Position numbers and translations under genes: made by a program. A stretch of 64,000 bases of DNA from Octopus vulgaris (lineage: Eukaryota): assembly GCA_951406725.2 (NCBI GenBank), contig OX597817.1, positions 152,024,001 to 152,088,000 on the forward strand. The letters are read 5' to 3'. This document shows positions 25,733 to 40,050 of this stretch, in pieces. The stretch's first letter is position 1. The number at the start of each line of letters is the position of its first letter. The notes beneath the pieces were generated by a model, which saw nothing but the letters and a program-made list of their open reading frames with translations, was not told the DNA's origin and searched no databases.

Positions 25733-28700
25733 GTGTCTGTGTTTGTCTCCCTACCACCACTTTAAAACTTATATGAAGCCCAACTTTGCATATAAGACTC
25801 AGGGCAAGTTTTTTCTAAACTAATTTTTCAGAAAAATTATTATATGCCATCAAAGATGTTACTTCTTTTGAAGTCCTCTCTCAGCCAAAAAGAATTTTGT
25901 TTTTTTTAACTTCTGAGCTCGTAGTTGATTTACTCTTTGTTACTGATAATCAATTTATGTTCTGTTCTCTGAGTGACACTACACAACATTCAAAGTCTGT
26001 CTAAACTGATCCCCAAAGTTTTTTTCTGAAATGGAGCAGCTTGTTTATGTACATGTATTTTGCACTTTTCTTTCTCTCTCTTAAATCTTTAATAAATACA
26101 TTTCTAGACATGTCATATAAATATAAAAATTCATAAAACACTTTTCATTGTCTGTTTTCTAAAAGTCTACATCGGCAGCTGTCCAGATGGATGTAACAAC
26201 CATGGTGTATGCCGTGGAGATTCTTGTGAGTAAGTAAAATTTAATTTTCTTCACCTCTTTCTGGTAAATCAAAAGTGGTTTTTGCCTTGATTCCTTTGTG
26301 TGTGTGTGGAATAACAAAGAATTGTACATCAAGCTAAATACATTACTCTATTGTGCTTACCTCACTTTATGGCTGGTTGAATATTTTCACAATTTCTTTG
26401 ACATATATTATCATCTAATGAAGTTCTTGTCATTATTGGTAGCTTACCCTACCAAAGTGTCAGGTGATCCCTGTGAAAGTGTTTGGCTGTTCCAACACCT
26501 TAGCCTTGCCATTGCCCATGGTAATGCCACAAGCTTGTTCACTTGCTTCAGCAGGTTTCATTGAAACTTGTATACAACCAACTGAGGCAATTGGTTTTGA
26601 ATTGATGACATTTTTCTCTTTGTCTTTCTTTCTTCCTCTTTGTCTTTCTTTCTTCTTTTTCTTTCTTCACTTATGCTTGTGTTTTCTTTAGCTTTGGATC
26701 TGTATTTTAATGTGATTTTCCATTCATATATGTATCATATACATATGTGTTATATACTCTTTTTACTCTTTTACTTGTTTCAGTCATTTGACTGCGGCCA
26801 TGCTGGAGCACCGCCTTTAGTCGATCAAATCGACCCCGGGACTTATTCTTTGTAAGCCCAGTACTTATTCTATCGGTCTCTTTTGCTGAACCGCTAAGTG
26901 ACAGGGACGTAAACACACCAGCATCGGTTGTCAAGCAATGCTAAGGGGACAAATACAGACACACAAACCCACACACACACACACACATATATATATATAC
27001 ATATATACGACAGGCTTCTTTCAGTTTTCGTCTACCAAATCCACTCACAAGGCATTGGTCGGCCCGGGGCTATAGCAGAAGACACTTGCCCAAGATTCCA
27101 TGCAGTGGGACTGAACCCGGAACCATGTGGTTGGTTAGCAAGCTACTTACCACACAGCCACTCCTGCGCCTATAAAAATATTTTTAGCACAAAATTTCAA
27201 TCATTAGTATGTTGGTATTAAAAACACAAAAAAAAAACAATAGGCGCAGGAGTGGCTATGTGGAAAGTACCTTGCTGACCATCCACATGGTTCCGGGTTC
27301 AGTACCACTGCATGGCACCTTGGGCAAATGTCTTCTACTATAGCCTCGAGCCGACCAAAGCCTTGTGAGTGGATTTGGTAAAAGGAAACTGAAAGAAGCC
27401 CATCATATATATATGTGTGTGTGTGTGTGTTTATATGTCTGTATTTGTCCCCCCAACATCGCTTGACAACAGATCTTTCAGCTGGTGTGTTTATGTCCCC
27501 ATAACTTAGCGGTTCAGCAAAAGAGACCGATAGAATAAGTACTAGGCTTCCAAAGAATAAGTCTTAGGGTCGATTTACTCAACTAAAGGCGGTGCTCCAG
27601 CATGCCCACAGTCAAATGACTGAAACAAGTAAAAGAGTACTGGGAAATAACCAAAATCAAAGTACTTACACAAATGCACTACTAGCACTGCTCATGGTAC
27701 CTAGATGTTTCACCCTGTATTCATGGTACTTAGGTGCTGCACACAATGCTAACAAATAAAAAGAGTACTTTTGATATGATAAAGAAACAGAAAAACACAA
27801 CATAGCACTACATGTACCCAAGGCACACGGAAATGCACTAGGTTCCACAGTGACAGTATGCAATAACAATTATGATAATATTCTAATTTAGTCACAAGGG
27901 GTCAGCATTTTTTTTTTACCTCAGTACTCAACTGGTGCTTTCTTTTGTTGGTGCTGGAAGGATGAGCAGCAAAGTTGACTTTAATGGGAATTGAACTCAA
28001 AGGGTAAGAAGAAATATTCTTTTCTACTCTAGGCACAAGGACAGAAATTTTGGGAAAGTTGGTGGGGCAGTTGATTAGATCAACACCAGTATGCAACTGG
28101 TACTTAATTTATTGACCCCAAAAGGATGAAAGGCAAAGTTGACCTTAGCAGAATTTGAACTCAAAACATAAAGACAGACAAAATACTGTTAAGTGTTTCG
28201 CCCGGTGTGCTAACGTTTCTTATTTTTTTACTACCCACAAGGGGCTACACATGGAGGGGACAAACAAAGACAGACAAATGGATTAAGTCAACTATATCAA
28301 CCCCAGTGCGTAACTGGTACTTATATAATCGACCCCCAAAAGATGAAAGGCAAAGTCGACCTCAGCGGAATTTGAACTCAGAATGTAGTGGCAGACGAAA
28401 TACAGCTAAGCATTTCGCCCAGCGTGCTAACGTTTCTGCCAGCTCACCACTTTAGGAAGAAGAAATATTCTTTTCTACTCGAGGCACAAGGCCCGAAATT
28501 TTTGGGGAGTGGCCATTCGATTAGATCAACCCCAGTACGCAATTGATACTTAATTTATCAACCCTGGAAGGATGAAAGGCAAAGTTGACCTTGGCAGAAT
28601 TTGAACTCAAAACGAAAAAGATAGATAAAATACTGCTAAGTATTTCACCCAGCGTGCTAACATTTCTACTAGTTCGCAGCATTAGTAAGAAGGAATATTG

Positions 28701-31700
28701 CAAAGCATTTTTACTGATCCTCTAATAATTCAGCCAATTCACTATAATTAAATATGGAAACACAACAATACATGTACCCAAGATGCACGATGCACAGGGA
28801 AAGCACACAATAATAATAATAATAATAATCATCGTTTAACGTCCATTTTCTATGCTAGCATGGGTTGGACGGTTGCACCAGGCTCCAGTCTGATCTGGCA
28901 GTGTTTCTACAGCTGGATGCCCTTCCTAATGCCAACCACACTGTGAGTGTAGTGGGTGCTTTTTAGTTGCCGCCGGCACAGGTACCAGGGGAGGCTGGCA
29001 ACGACCACGATCGGTTGGTGCTTTTTATGTGCTACCAGCACGGATGCTAGTCAAGGCAGCGCTGGCAATCAGCCACGTTTGGATGGTGCTTTTTACGTGC
29101 CACCAGCCCAGAGGCCAGAGGAGTCTGGCAACAGCCACGATCAGTTAGTATTTTTTTTACATGCCACCAGCACAGACGCCAGTCAAGGCGGCGCTGTCAA
29201 TCAGCCCCGTTTGGATGGTGCTTTTTACATTCCACCGGCACGAGTATCACAACTAATACTATCAAATTTTGTGACAAGGCCAGCAATTTCGAGATGGTGG
29301 GGGGGGGGGCGGTTAGATGATTACATCAAGGCCAGTCTTCAATTGGAACTTATTTTATCAACCCTGAAAGGATGAAAAGCAAAGTCAACCTTGGTGGAAT
29401 TTGAACACAGAACATCAGGCAGACGAAATACCACAAATCATTCTGTTCAGTGTGCTGATTCTGACAGCTTGCTACCTTTATGTTTCAATATACTAATCAT
29501 AAAAACGTCTGCTGTACATCTTCATATGAATTTGTGGCTATTTGCCATGATAAAAATGTCATTACTAGTTTTGTTGTTGCTGTAGTTATTTCTTAATTGG
29601 CCCTGAAGCTTCAGTGTTACACTAGAAGTGAGTTCAAAGAAATCAACTCATCACTAAAGAAAAGCCATTTTAATAAAGAAGCAAACTCTGCACATTGTGT
29701 TGTTTATGGCCTATCATGTAACGATGATGGTAACGATTACAATAACAAGGGTGGTGGCAGCAGTGGCGGCAGTGGTGGTGGTGGAACAATGAGATGATGA
29801 CAAGGGTGGTGTTGGTGTTGTTATTGCTGGCAATGGTGTTGATAATAGGATTTGACTCTGCATTTGATAACTTTAAAAAGAAATGTTTTTAGTAGAATAT
29901 CTTTGACTCCAACATGGTGGGTGGTCAGCCTGACTACCAAAAGACAATGACATTTCAGCCCTTTTTCTTTTTTTTTTTTTTTGCACCCCCACCCCGCCAC
30001 CTCTTCCTCACCCTCATCAATATTATCACCACCATCATCATCGTCTTTATCAAAATTGACAACTTCCTGTCGTTCACTCACATTCAATAAGCTGTTTCTA
30101 TAACACAAAGCTTATTCAATCAAAGCAGAAAGTTTCTTAGCAGACTAAATAATACATTAGCAACAATGCTACTGAAAGAATAATGGAATAACATTATTAT
30201 AGTCATTATGAGCTTGTCTTAATAGCTTCAGTATTATTTTCACACAATAGTTATACTACTGCTATCAAATAATGTAAGATTTTAATCCTGTTAATTGTGG
30301 GAGACTTCAATAAGCAATTTACCAAAAGTATACTAAGATGTCATCATTAAGTGACAATAATTATCAAAACCAGTTTTTAAGTATAAAAATTCAGTTTTAA
30401 AATTTCCGCAATATTTAAAAATTTTCACAATATTTTTTTCAATTAGAGTAACATTCAGATATTAATTAGCATAACTAAAGGTTAATAATCAGATTCATGG
30501 TTAATATTCGAACAAAAGAAACATCATCATCATCGTTTAACATCCGTTTTCCATCCTGACATGGATTGGACAGTTTGACTGGGAATTGGCAAGCCAGGAT
30601 GCCACACTAGGCCCCAGTCTGATCTGACAATGTTTTTACAGCTGGATGCCCTTCCTAACGCCAACCACTCCGAGAGTATAGTGAGTGCTTTTTACATTCC
30701 ACTGGCATGGGAGCCAGTCAGGCAGCACTGGCATCACCAAGCACCAATGGTTTCTATGACTGGATGCCCTTCCTAAAGCCAACCACATTACAGTGTGCTG
30801 GGTGCTATTTCCTTGGCACCAGTTCCAGTGCTTTATATATGGCATGAGCACAGGTGCTTTTTAAAATGGTACCAGCCATAGATTTTAATTCAAGTCACTT
30901 TAAATCAGTAAGCGTGTCATAAAATCAGGGACAATCTCAAGCAGGTTGATGCCAAAGGAGTTAAAGTAAATTGTTGCTGGTTGTACAATTTGAACCAAGC
31001 TAAATTCCAGCACAACAAGTATTACTAGTTTTTTTTCATAGACTCCATAGTAACACCATCTAGGTGTTAATTGTATAAAAACACATTTAAAATTATTGAA
31101 TCAAACAGCAGCAGCAAGCTAGTAGAATCATTAGCACAGTGGACAAAATACTTAGTGGCTTTCTTCCAGCTTTATACTCTGAGTTCAAATTCCATCAAAG
31201 CTGACTTTGCCCTCCATCCTTTCATAGTCAATAAAATAAGTACCACTTGAACACTGGGGTCAATGTAATTGACAAGACCCCTCTCTGAAAAGTTCTGGCT
31301 TTGTTTTTAAAGTAGAAAGAAAATTACAGAATCAAACTTTGTTTTTGTGTCCTTTTCCACAGATGTGATTTTGGTTTTTCCGGAGAATCTTGTGCCTTCC
31401 CTGTAGTACCCAACCCATCACTCTTACTAGAGATGTTTGTTTCACCAACTGTTCTACAAAGTTCCTCACAGCTGGCAGTTAAAGGAGCAGAGCTGAATTA
31501 TAAATGTGGAGTACTCTCAACTGGAAAGGCACTTGTTTTCAACAAAGGCGGTCGTCGAGAACTGGTGACAACTGACATGAACACAACCACAATCAGGTTT
31601 CAATCAAGCTTTTCTTTGTTTCATTTCTATTTATTTTATATTTTTACTTGATAACTATAACTGATTCTTGCAGTAAAATAATTCAAATGATTTAGGGAAC

Positions 31701-32388
31701 TTCAAATTTGGATACATCTAATTAGGCAGTTGTAATTTCAAATGGTGCTGATTTATTAACATACACACATGATGGGCTTCTTTCAGTTTCCATCTGCAAG
31801 TCCACTCACCAGGCTTGGTCAGCCTAGGGCTATAGTATGACACTTGCCCAAGGTGACATACCATGAGACTGAACCCAAAACCAGATGGCTGGGAAGCAAA
31901 CTTCTTAAGTACACACCCAAGTGTATGTGTGTATAAATTTATCTAATAGAAGAAACAAAATATTGTCTGATTCTGTTTTTTGTGACAATTCTTTTAAATT
32001 CTTTTATACAGATTATAGATTATCTTCTAATAGCAATCATTATAAATAATGATTATGATTAAGTAGATATATTTCAGTAAGACACTATCATATTCCAAAC
32101 AGAACAATCAAAACAAGCAAAAAAACTTGGATTATCAAGAATTAATTCCTGAAAAATAATTCTCCCTTCCTTGATATAATAAAGTCAAAGTTTTTCATAT
32201 ACTAAAGTAAGAATTATAAATAAATGGTGCAGGATTGGGTGTGTGGTATGTAGCTTGCTTATCAACCACATGGTTCTGGGTTCATTCCCAGTGCATGGCG
32301 CCTTGGGCTAGTGTCTTCAACTATAGCCTTGGGCCGACCAAAGCCTTGTGAGTGGATTTGGTAGACGGAAACTGAAGGAAGCCCATCG

Positions 32389-32429
<41 letters not shown>

Positions 32430-35153
32430 CTGTGTTTGTCCCCCTCCCCCCCAACATCGCTTGACAACCGATGGTGGTGTGTTTACTTCCTTGTAACTTA
32501 GCAGTTCAGCAAAAGAGACCAACAGAATAAGTACTAGGCTTACAAAGAATAAGTCCTGGGGTTGATTTGCTCGACTAAAGGCGGTGCCCCAGCATGGCTG
32601 CAGTCAAATGACTGAAACAAGTAAAAGAGTAAATGAATTATCTATCTTCTGTAAAACAATATCTGAAGGTATGCAGTCTAGTGGTTAGGGTGTTGCACTC
32701 ATGACTGCAAATTCATGGTTTCAATTCCCAGACCAGGTAGTCTGTTGTGTTCTTGAGCAAGACACTTCATTTCATGTTGTTCCAGTCCACTCAGCTGTAA
32801 ATCAGTAAGTATGTGATGGACAGGCATCCTGTTCAAGGGAAATGTGACCTTGGTTACTTATACGCCATGTGAAACAGATAATTGGTCCTATGAGTTGAAG
32901 GACTGGAAATGATAATGCCCATGAAACAAAATACAATGAAAAAGAATTTTAAATCATCATCATCATCATCATCATCGTTTAACGTCTGCCTTCCATGCTA
33001 GCATGGGTTGGATGATTTGACTGAGGACTGGCGAACCAGATGGCAGAGTTTCTTCAGCTGGATGCCCTTCCTAACACCAACCACTCCAAGAGTGTAGTGG
33101 GTGCTTTTACGTGCCACCGGCACAGGACCATCCAGGCGGTACTGGCAACGACCTCACTCGAATCTTTTACACATGCCACCAGCACAGGTGCCAGTAAGGC
33201 GATGCTGGTAACAATCATGCTCGAATTGTGTCTTTTACGTGCCAACGGCACGGAGGCCAGATAGCCGCTCTGGCAACGATCATGCTCGGATGGTGCTCTT
33301 TAAGGTGATGCTAGCATGGAAAGCAGACGTTAAACGATGATGACACCATTCGACCATGCTCGAATGGTGCCTTTTAAGTGCCACTGGCACGGAAGCCAGT
33401 TAGCCACTCTGTCAATGATCACACTCGTATGGTGCTCTTTGCACCCCGCTAGCACGGACACCAGTCATCAATATATAGTTTTTAGCATTCCATTGTAAGG
33501 AAGAAATGGCAAGTAAGTTAAATGTTTCAGACACTTGTCCATTGAATGAGAAAAAGGAGGAGAGGAAGATGGAAAAAGTAAAAGAAAAAAAAATTGAGAG
33601 AAAATTGTGGAAATGGCATGTTGTTGTTAACTCACATCATCTTTCCATGATTAATTACTCTACTATGGACATTGAACACAAAACCTGCAAAACTGTTTAG
33701 TCCATCCATACTTCAATTTCATTAATTTTTGTAATATTATAGTATTCTGTAAAAGAATTATTGCAAGCATGCATTTAGAGTCAGAGCTTGAGTAATTAGA
33801 ATTAAACACCAGATCCAATTAGTCAAATTGGTGTGCCCTTGAGAATTTTTTTTATAGTTTTAACTAATGAAAAAAGAAGCTCGTGGCTTTATACTAAAAA
33901 AAAATGTGACTTATTTTCTCATCACTCTTACAATACATACCAAACCAAGCAGAGCTTTATCTGTTTTTCATTTTTTTTTCAAATTTACACATGTATTTAT
34001 CCAAAACAATTTCACAAATATTAACAATATTGAAAGATTATTTTTTCTGCTGAAACGGTACAATATTTCATTCCAGCATTTTCATTCTAAGGACTCTACT
34101 GAGTATTTACAAAGAGGATGAGATTTTCCCCACACATCACAACACACAACCTTTGCTAACACTTCATATTTTTTCATTTCTTTATTAATAGATTTGCTAT
34201 AATGCATATGGACCCCTTTATTATGAATAGGGTTTTTAAGAATAATTGTCCTTATCTAGCCCATGTGATCTAGCTTATGATTCGAGATGGTCAAAGACGT
34301 TTGACATTCATGCAGTAGATTTATTAATGTTATCTAACATTATATTATCAATCTCCTATAAAATAAATTAACAGGCGCAGGAGTGGCTATGTGGTAAGTA
34401 GCTTGTTTACCAACCACATGGTTCAGGGTTCAGTCCCACTGCATGGCATCTTGGGCAAGTGTCTTCTGCTATAGCCCCGGGCCGACCAATGCCTTGTGAG
34501 TGGATTTGGTAGACGGAAACTGAAAGAAACCTGTCGTATATATGTATATATATATATATGTGTGTATGTTTGTGTGTATGTGTTTGTCCCTCTAGCATTG
34601 CTTGACAACCGATGCTGGTGTGTTTATGTCCCCGTTACTTAGCGGTTCGGCAAAAGACCCCGATAGAATAAGTATTGGGCTTACAAAGAATAAGTCTCGG
34701 GGTCGATTTGCTCGACTAAAGGCGGTGCTCCAGCATGGCCGCAGTCAAATGACTGAAACAAGTAAAAGAGTAAAGAGTATGAGTATTAGTATATTGCAAA
34801 TGGGAACTTAAATGTGAGTATCCAGTTCTTATTCTTTTACTGGTTTCTGTCATTTGACTGCAGCCATGCTGAGGTACTGTTGAATACACACATACATACA
34901 CATACATTTGAGGGAGGGAGAGAAAGATGTTATAATAGGCAGCATACTATATATATCTTGGGTTTTAGAATAGACACAACATGTCCTCCTGTGTGTTTAA
35001 GTGTCATGTAAAATAAACAAAATAATAGGTTGGCAACTAGAAGGGAATCTTGCCATAAAAAACTGCCTTAGAAAATCCACCCAGCTCATGTCAACTTGGA
35101 AGAGCAGACATGATGACATATATATATACACACATGCACATATACATATATAC

Positions 35154-35199
<46 letters not shown>

Positions 35200-38100
35200 T
35201 GGATAGGCAGGTAGGTAGGCAGGCAGGTAGGTAGGTAGATATGTGGGTAGGTGGGTAGATAGATAGATAGATAGATATAGATTGATTGATAGATAGACAG
35301 ATAGCTAGATATAGATAAATATAGATAGATAGATAGATAGATATAGATAGATAGATTGAATGATAGATTGATTGATTGATTGATAGATAGGTTGATTGAT
35401 ATAGATAGATTGATAGATATAGATATATAGATTGATAGATAGGTGGGTAGGTTGATAGGTAGATAGGTGGGTAGGTTGGTAGGTAGGTAGGTGGGTAGGT
35501 AGATAGATAGACAGATAGGTAGGTAAGTGGGTAGGTTGATAGATAGGTAGGTAGGTGGGTAGGTTGATAGATAGGTAGGTAGGTGGGTAGGTAGATAGAT
35601 AGATATGGATATATTTGTGTGTGTATGAGTGCACATACACTTCTATAACTTCAGACTGACCATTGCTGTTTGAGTCTAAGGCTACAGTAGAAGACACTTG
35701 TCCAAGATATTGCTCAATGGGATCAAACCTGGAACCATGTGGTTGCAAACTAAACATATTAACCACACAGCTATGCTTGTACTAATATATAAAACAATTC
35801 CAAACTAAAATTTTCCTGTTATTTAACCCACACATTTATTTATTGAACATAATGCACTTTACATCAAAATATATCACTTATCGGTTTCAGATTTTTACAG
35901 TTCCACATACGTGTTGGCAGCAACTCTTATATATCTGAATGCCGCCCTCCTGATAGAATGTCGGAGTCAGTTTTTCTGGAATATTCTTGCAATGGCGGCA
36001 TAACCTGGAATTTACTTAAAATGTTTGCAGACGAAATGTATAAAACACCACAGTAAATATAATCTGTTTTCAATTTACATAATATATATATTTTTATATT
36101 TTAGAATATGTTTGAGTCTTATAATTATTCATTTTGTTGTTTGGTTGAAATCTATCATCATCATTTAATGTCCACTTTCCATGCTGGCATGGATTGGACG
36201 GTTTGACCGAAAACTAATAAGCCAGGAAACTACACCAGTGGATTAGGTTGTATAACATTTATATAAATATTTACTTCAATTTAGACTAAAAAGCATTGGC
36301 TTTGTTAGAAATAGCAGCCAAATCTCCCTCAAATTACACTCTGCCATAATAATGATAATAATGGTTTCAAGTTTTGCCACCAGGGCAACAATTTTGGGGG
36401 AGAAGATGAGTCAATTACATCAACCCCAGTGTTTCACTGATACTTAATTTATTGGTCCCAAAAGGATGTAAGGCAAAATCGACCTCAGCAGAATTTGAAC
36501 TGAGAACATAAAGACAGATGAAATGCCACTAAGGATTTTACCTGGCTTGCTAATGATTCTGCAAATGATAATATTCTGATTTTGGTAAAAGGCCAGCAAC
36601 TTTGAGGCGAGGTAACAAATAAATTACATTGACCCCTGTACTTACTTAATTTATCAACCCCAAAAGGATGAAAGGCAAAATTGACCTTGTCAGAATTTGA
36701 ACTCAGAATGTAGCAGCAGATGAAATTGGGAGTGGGGGGTAATTCAGTCACATCCATCCCAGTACTTGACTAGTACTTAAGTTTTTGACTCCAAAAGGAT
36801 GAAAGACAGTCAACCTCTGTGGAATTTAAACTCAGAACATAGTGACGGGCAAAATACTGCTAAGCATTTCATCCAGCATACTAAAGACTCTGCCAGCTCA
36901 CCACCTTATTAATAATAATAATAATAATAATAATAAAAATAATAATTGGACAATTTGGCTGAAGACTGGTGAATCAGATGGCAGCACCAGACTCCAATCT
37001 GATCTGGCAGAGTTTCTACAGCTGGATACCTTTCCTAACGCCAACCACACTGAGAGTGTAGTGGGTGCTTTTACGTGCCACTGTTGCAGGAGCCAGTCAG
37101 GCGGTACTGGCAACAGCCACACTCAAATGATGTTTGTTACTTGCCACCCTGCACAGAAGCCAGTCTAATGGCACTGGCAACGACCTTGCTTGAATGTTTT
37201 TTCACGTGTCACCAGCACAAGTGCCAGTAAGGTGATGCTAGTAACGATCATGCTCGAATGGTGCTTTTTACGTGCCACCAGCATGAACAATAATAATCCT
37301 TTCTACTATAGGCACAAGGCCTGAAATTGGGAGTTGGGGGTAATTCGATCACATCCATCCCAGGACTTGACTAGTACTTAATTTATTGACTCCAAAAGGA
37401 TGAAAGACAAAGTTGACCTCAGTGGAATTTGAACTCAGAACATAACAACAAACAAAATACCACAAGGCATTTTGTCCAGCATGCTAACAACTCTGCTACC
37501 TGTCCACCTTAGTAATATTAATAATAACAATGTGTTAAATTTACTGTGTCTGAATCTAATCAGATGGGATGGCCATGGCTAGAATGTATTTGTTTATTGT
37601 TTAACCCCAGATCATTCCTTATGTGAACCAATATAATATCAGATTAACCCAAAATGACAAAAAAAACTGGTCCTGTCATTGTTTATTCTTAAAATACGAA
37701 GGACACATTGTAAGTGGGAGGTGTAAAATTAACCTTTCCACCAAGCAAGATATTAACATGTTCTTTTACCTAAGAGATTTTGATATATTTCTAACATATT
37801 TTATTTTTTTCTAGGATGGATTCTGTTGAGCTACCAAAAGCTGCCAAGGGGGATGGGTGCCGTTTCCGCTGGTACCAACCAAATCACTCAGGAAGTCGTC
37901 AAGATGTTTGGGCATTAGACGACATCATATTGAATAACCTTTTATTCCATACACTAGACATAGAAACCAAAGACCTTGAAAGGGAATTCTATGAACTAAC
38001 AGCATCACAAGGAAAACTTATTGATACTTACTGTGACATGCCAAAGCCAATTGGGTAATTATTCTTTTCTCAATTCAACCTTTTACCACTTTAAAGTCTT

Positions 38101-39368
38101 TTTGCAAAAGTATTAATTTTGAATCCACAGTATCATATTGCTCTCTTCCATTTCAAACAATTCCCAGCCACACACAACCAACTGTCATATATATATCAAA
38201 ATGTAACCACATGTGAATCGTTGGTGATTTTCTTCCTCCATCTTCCTTTTCTATTGGACTTTCCTCTGTTTCTGAAGAAGAGCTTTGCTCAAAACATTGA
38301 ATCATCTTTCTTTCCCTCCCTGAGTGTCAGCTAATACTTTACATGTACCATGTCCTCACGTTGTTTTTTTGTGTGTGTTTGTTCTTCATTTTTGGGGGAT
38401 ATATATATGTATAGAGGGGTCCACCAAGATTCAGTCCTCAGCCCCCTACTAGTTATCATAGTCCTCCAGGCAATAACAGAGGAATTCAAGACAGGATGCC
38501 CCTGGGATCTCCTCTATGCTGATGACCTTGTTCTAATTGCTGAGTCACTATCAGTACTAGAGGAGAAGTTTCAGGTGTGGAAACAAGGATTAGAATCGAA
38601 GGGCCTTAGAGTCAACCTGGCTAAAACCAAAGTCCTAATAAGTAGGAAGTCAGACAAACCACAAATCCCTTCAGGTAGATGGCCCTACTCAATCTGTAGA
38701 AAAGGCGTAAGAAGAAACTCTATAAGATGTACCCAATGTAAGCTATGGACACATAAGAGGTGCAGTAATATCAAGGGAAGGCTAACTGAGAAGATAGTTT
38801 TTGTATGTGGCAGATGCTCGGGAGCAATAAACAGTGAAAATGTGCAGAGAACAACTTCTGCCACATTCCAGGGAGAAAAACTAGAAGTAGTTGATAGCTT
38901 CTGTTACCTAGGTGACCAAGTCAGTAACAGGGAAGGGTGTGCTGAAAGTGTACCTACTAGAATAAGAATAGCCTGGGCAAAGTTCAGAGACTCTTACCTC
39001 TGCTGGTGACAAAGGGCCTCTCGCTCAGAGTAAAAGGTAGACTATATGACGCATGTGTATGAACAGCCATGCTACATGGCAGTGAAACATGGGCCGTGAC
39101 TGCTGAGGAGATGTGTAAGCTCGCAAGGAATGAAGCCAGTATGCTCCGATGGATGTGTAATGTCAGTGTTCATACTCAACAGAGTGTAAGTGCCTTGGGA
39201 GAAAAGTTGGACCTTGAGATACCCTTGGCTTGAAGAGTAGCCTCTGGTATACACCTTGCTTGGATATTTACCACTTCTGAGCACCTGCTCACTATGAAAC
39301 ATATGTTGCCCAGATCTTGTCTGAGCCATTCCTTAACTTTTGTGTGTGTATGCATGTATGTATGTGTA

Positions 39369-39430
<62 letters not shown>

Positions 39431-40015
39431 TGGGCGCAGAGTGGCCATGATAAGTAGCTTGCTTACCAAGCACACGGTTCCAGGTTCAGTCCCACTGTGT
39501 GGAATTTTGGGCAAGTGTCTTTGTGTCTTCCACTAAAGCCTTGTGAGTGGATTTGGTAGACGGAAACTGAAAGAAGCCCGTCGTGTATAAATATATATAT
39601 ATGTATGTATATGTTTGTGTATCTGTGTTTGACCCCCCCACTATCGCTTGACAACTGATGTTGGTGTGTTTATGTCTTTGTAACTCAGCGGTCCGGCAAA
39701 AGAGACCAATACAATAAGTACTAGGTTTACAAAGAATAAGTCCTGGGGTCAATTTGTTCGACTAAAGGCAGTACTCCAGTATGGCCACAGTCAAATGACT
39801 GAAACAAAGAAAGGAATATATATATATATATATATATATATAGGCGCAGGAGTGACTGTGTGGTAAGTAGCTTGCTAACCAACCACATGGTTCCGGGTTC
39901 AGTCCCACTGCGTGGCATCTTGGGCAAGTGTCTTCTGCTATAGCCCCAGGCCGACCAATGCCTTGTGAGTGGATTTGATAGACAGAAACTGAAAGAAGCA
40001 TGTCGTATATATGTG

Positions 40016-40050
<35 letters not shown>

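Noticed and set aside
35091-35766. 181-aa and 153-aa ORFs rich in YLPT/YLSI
   Set aside because: Tetranucleotide microsatellite translations.
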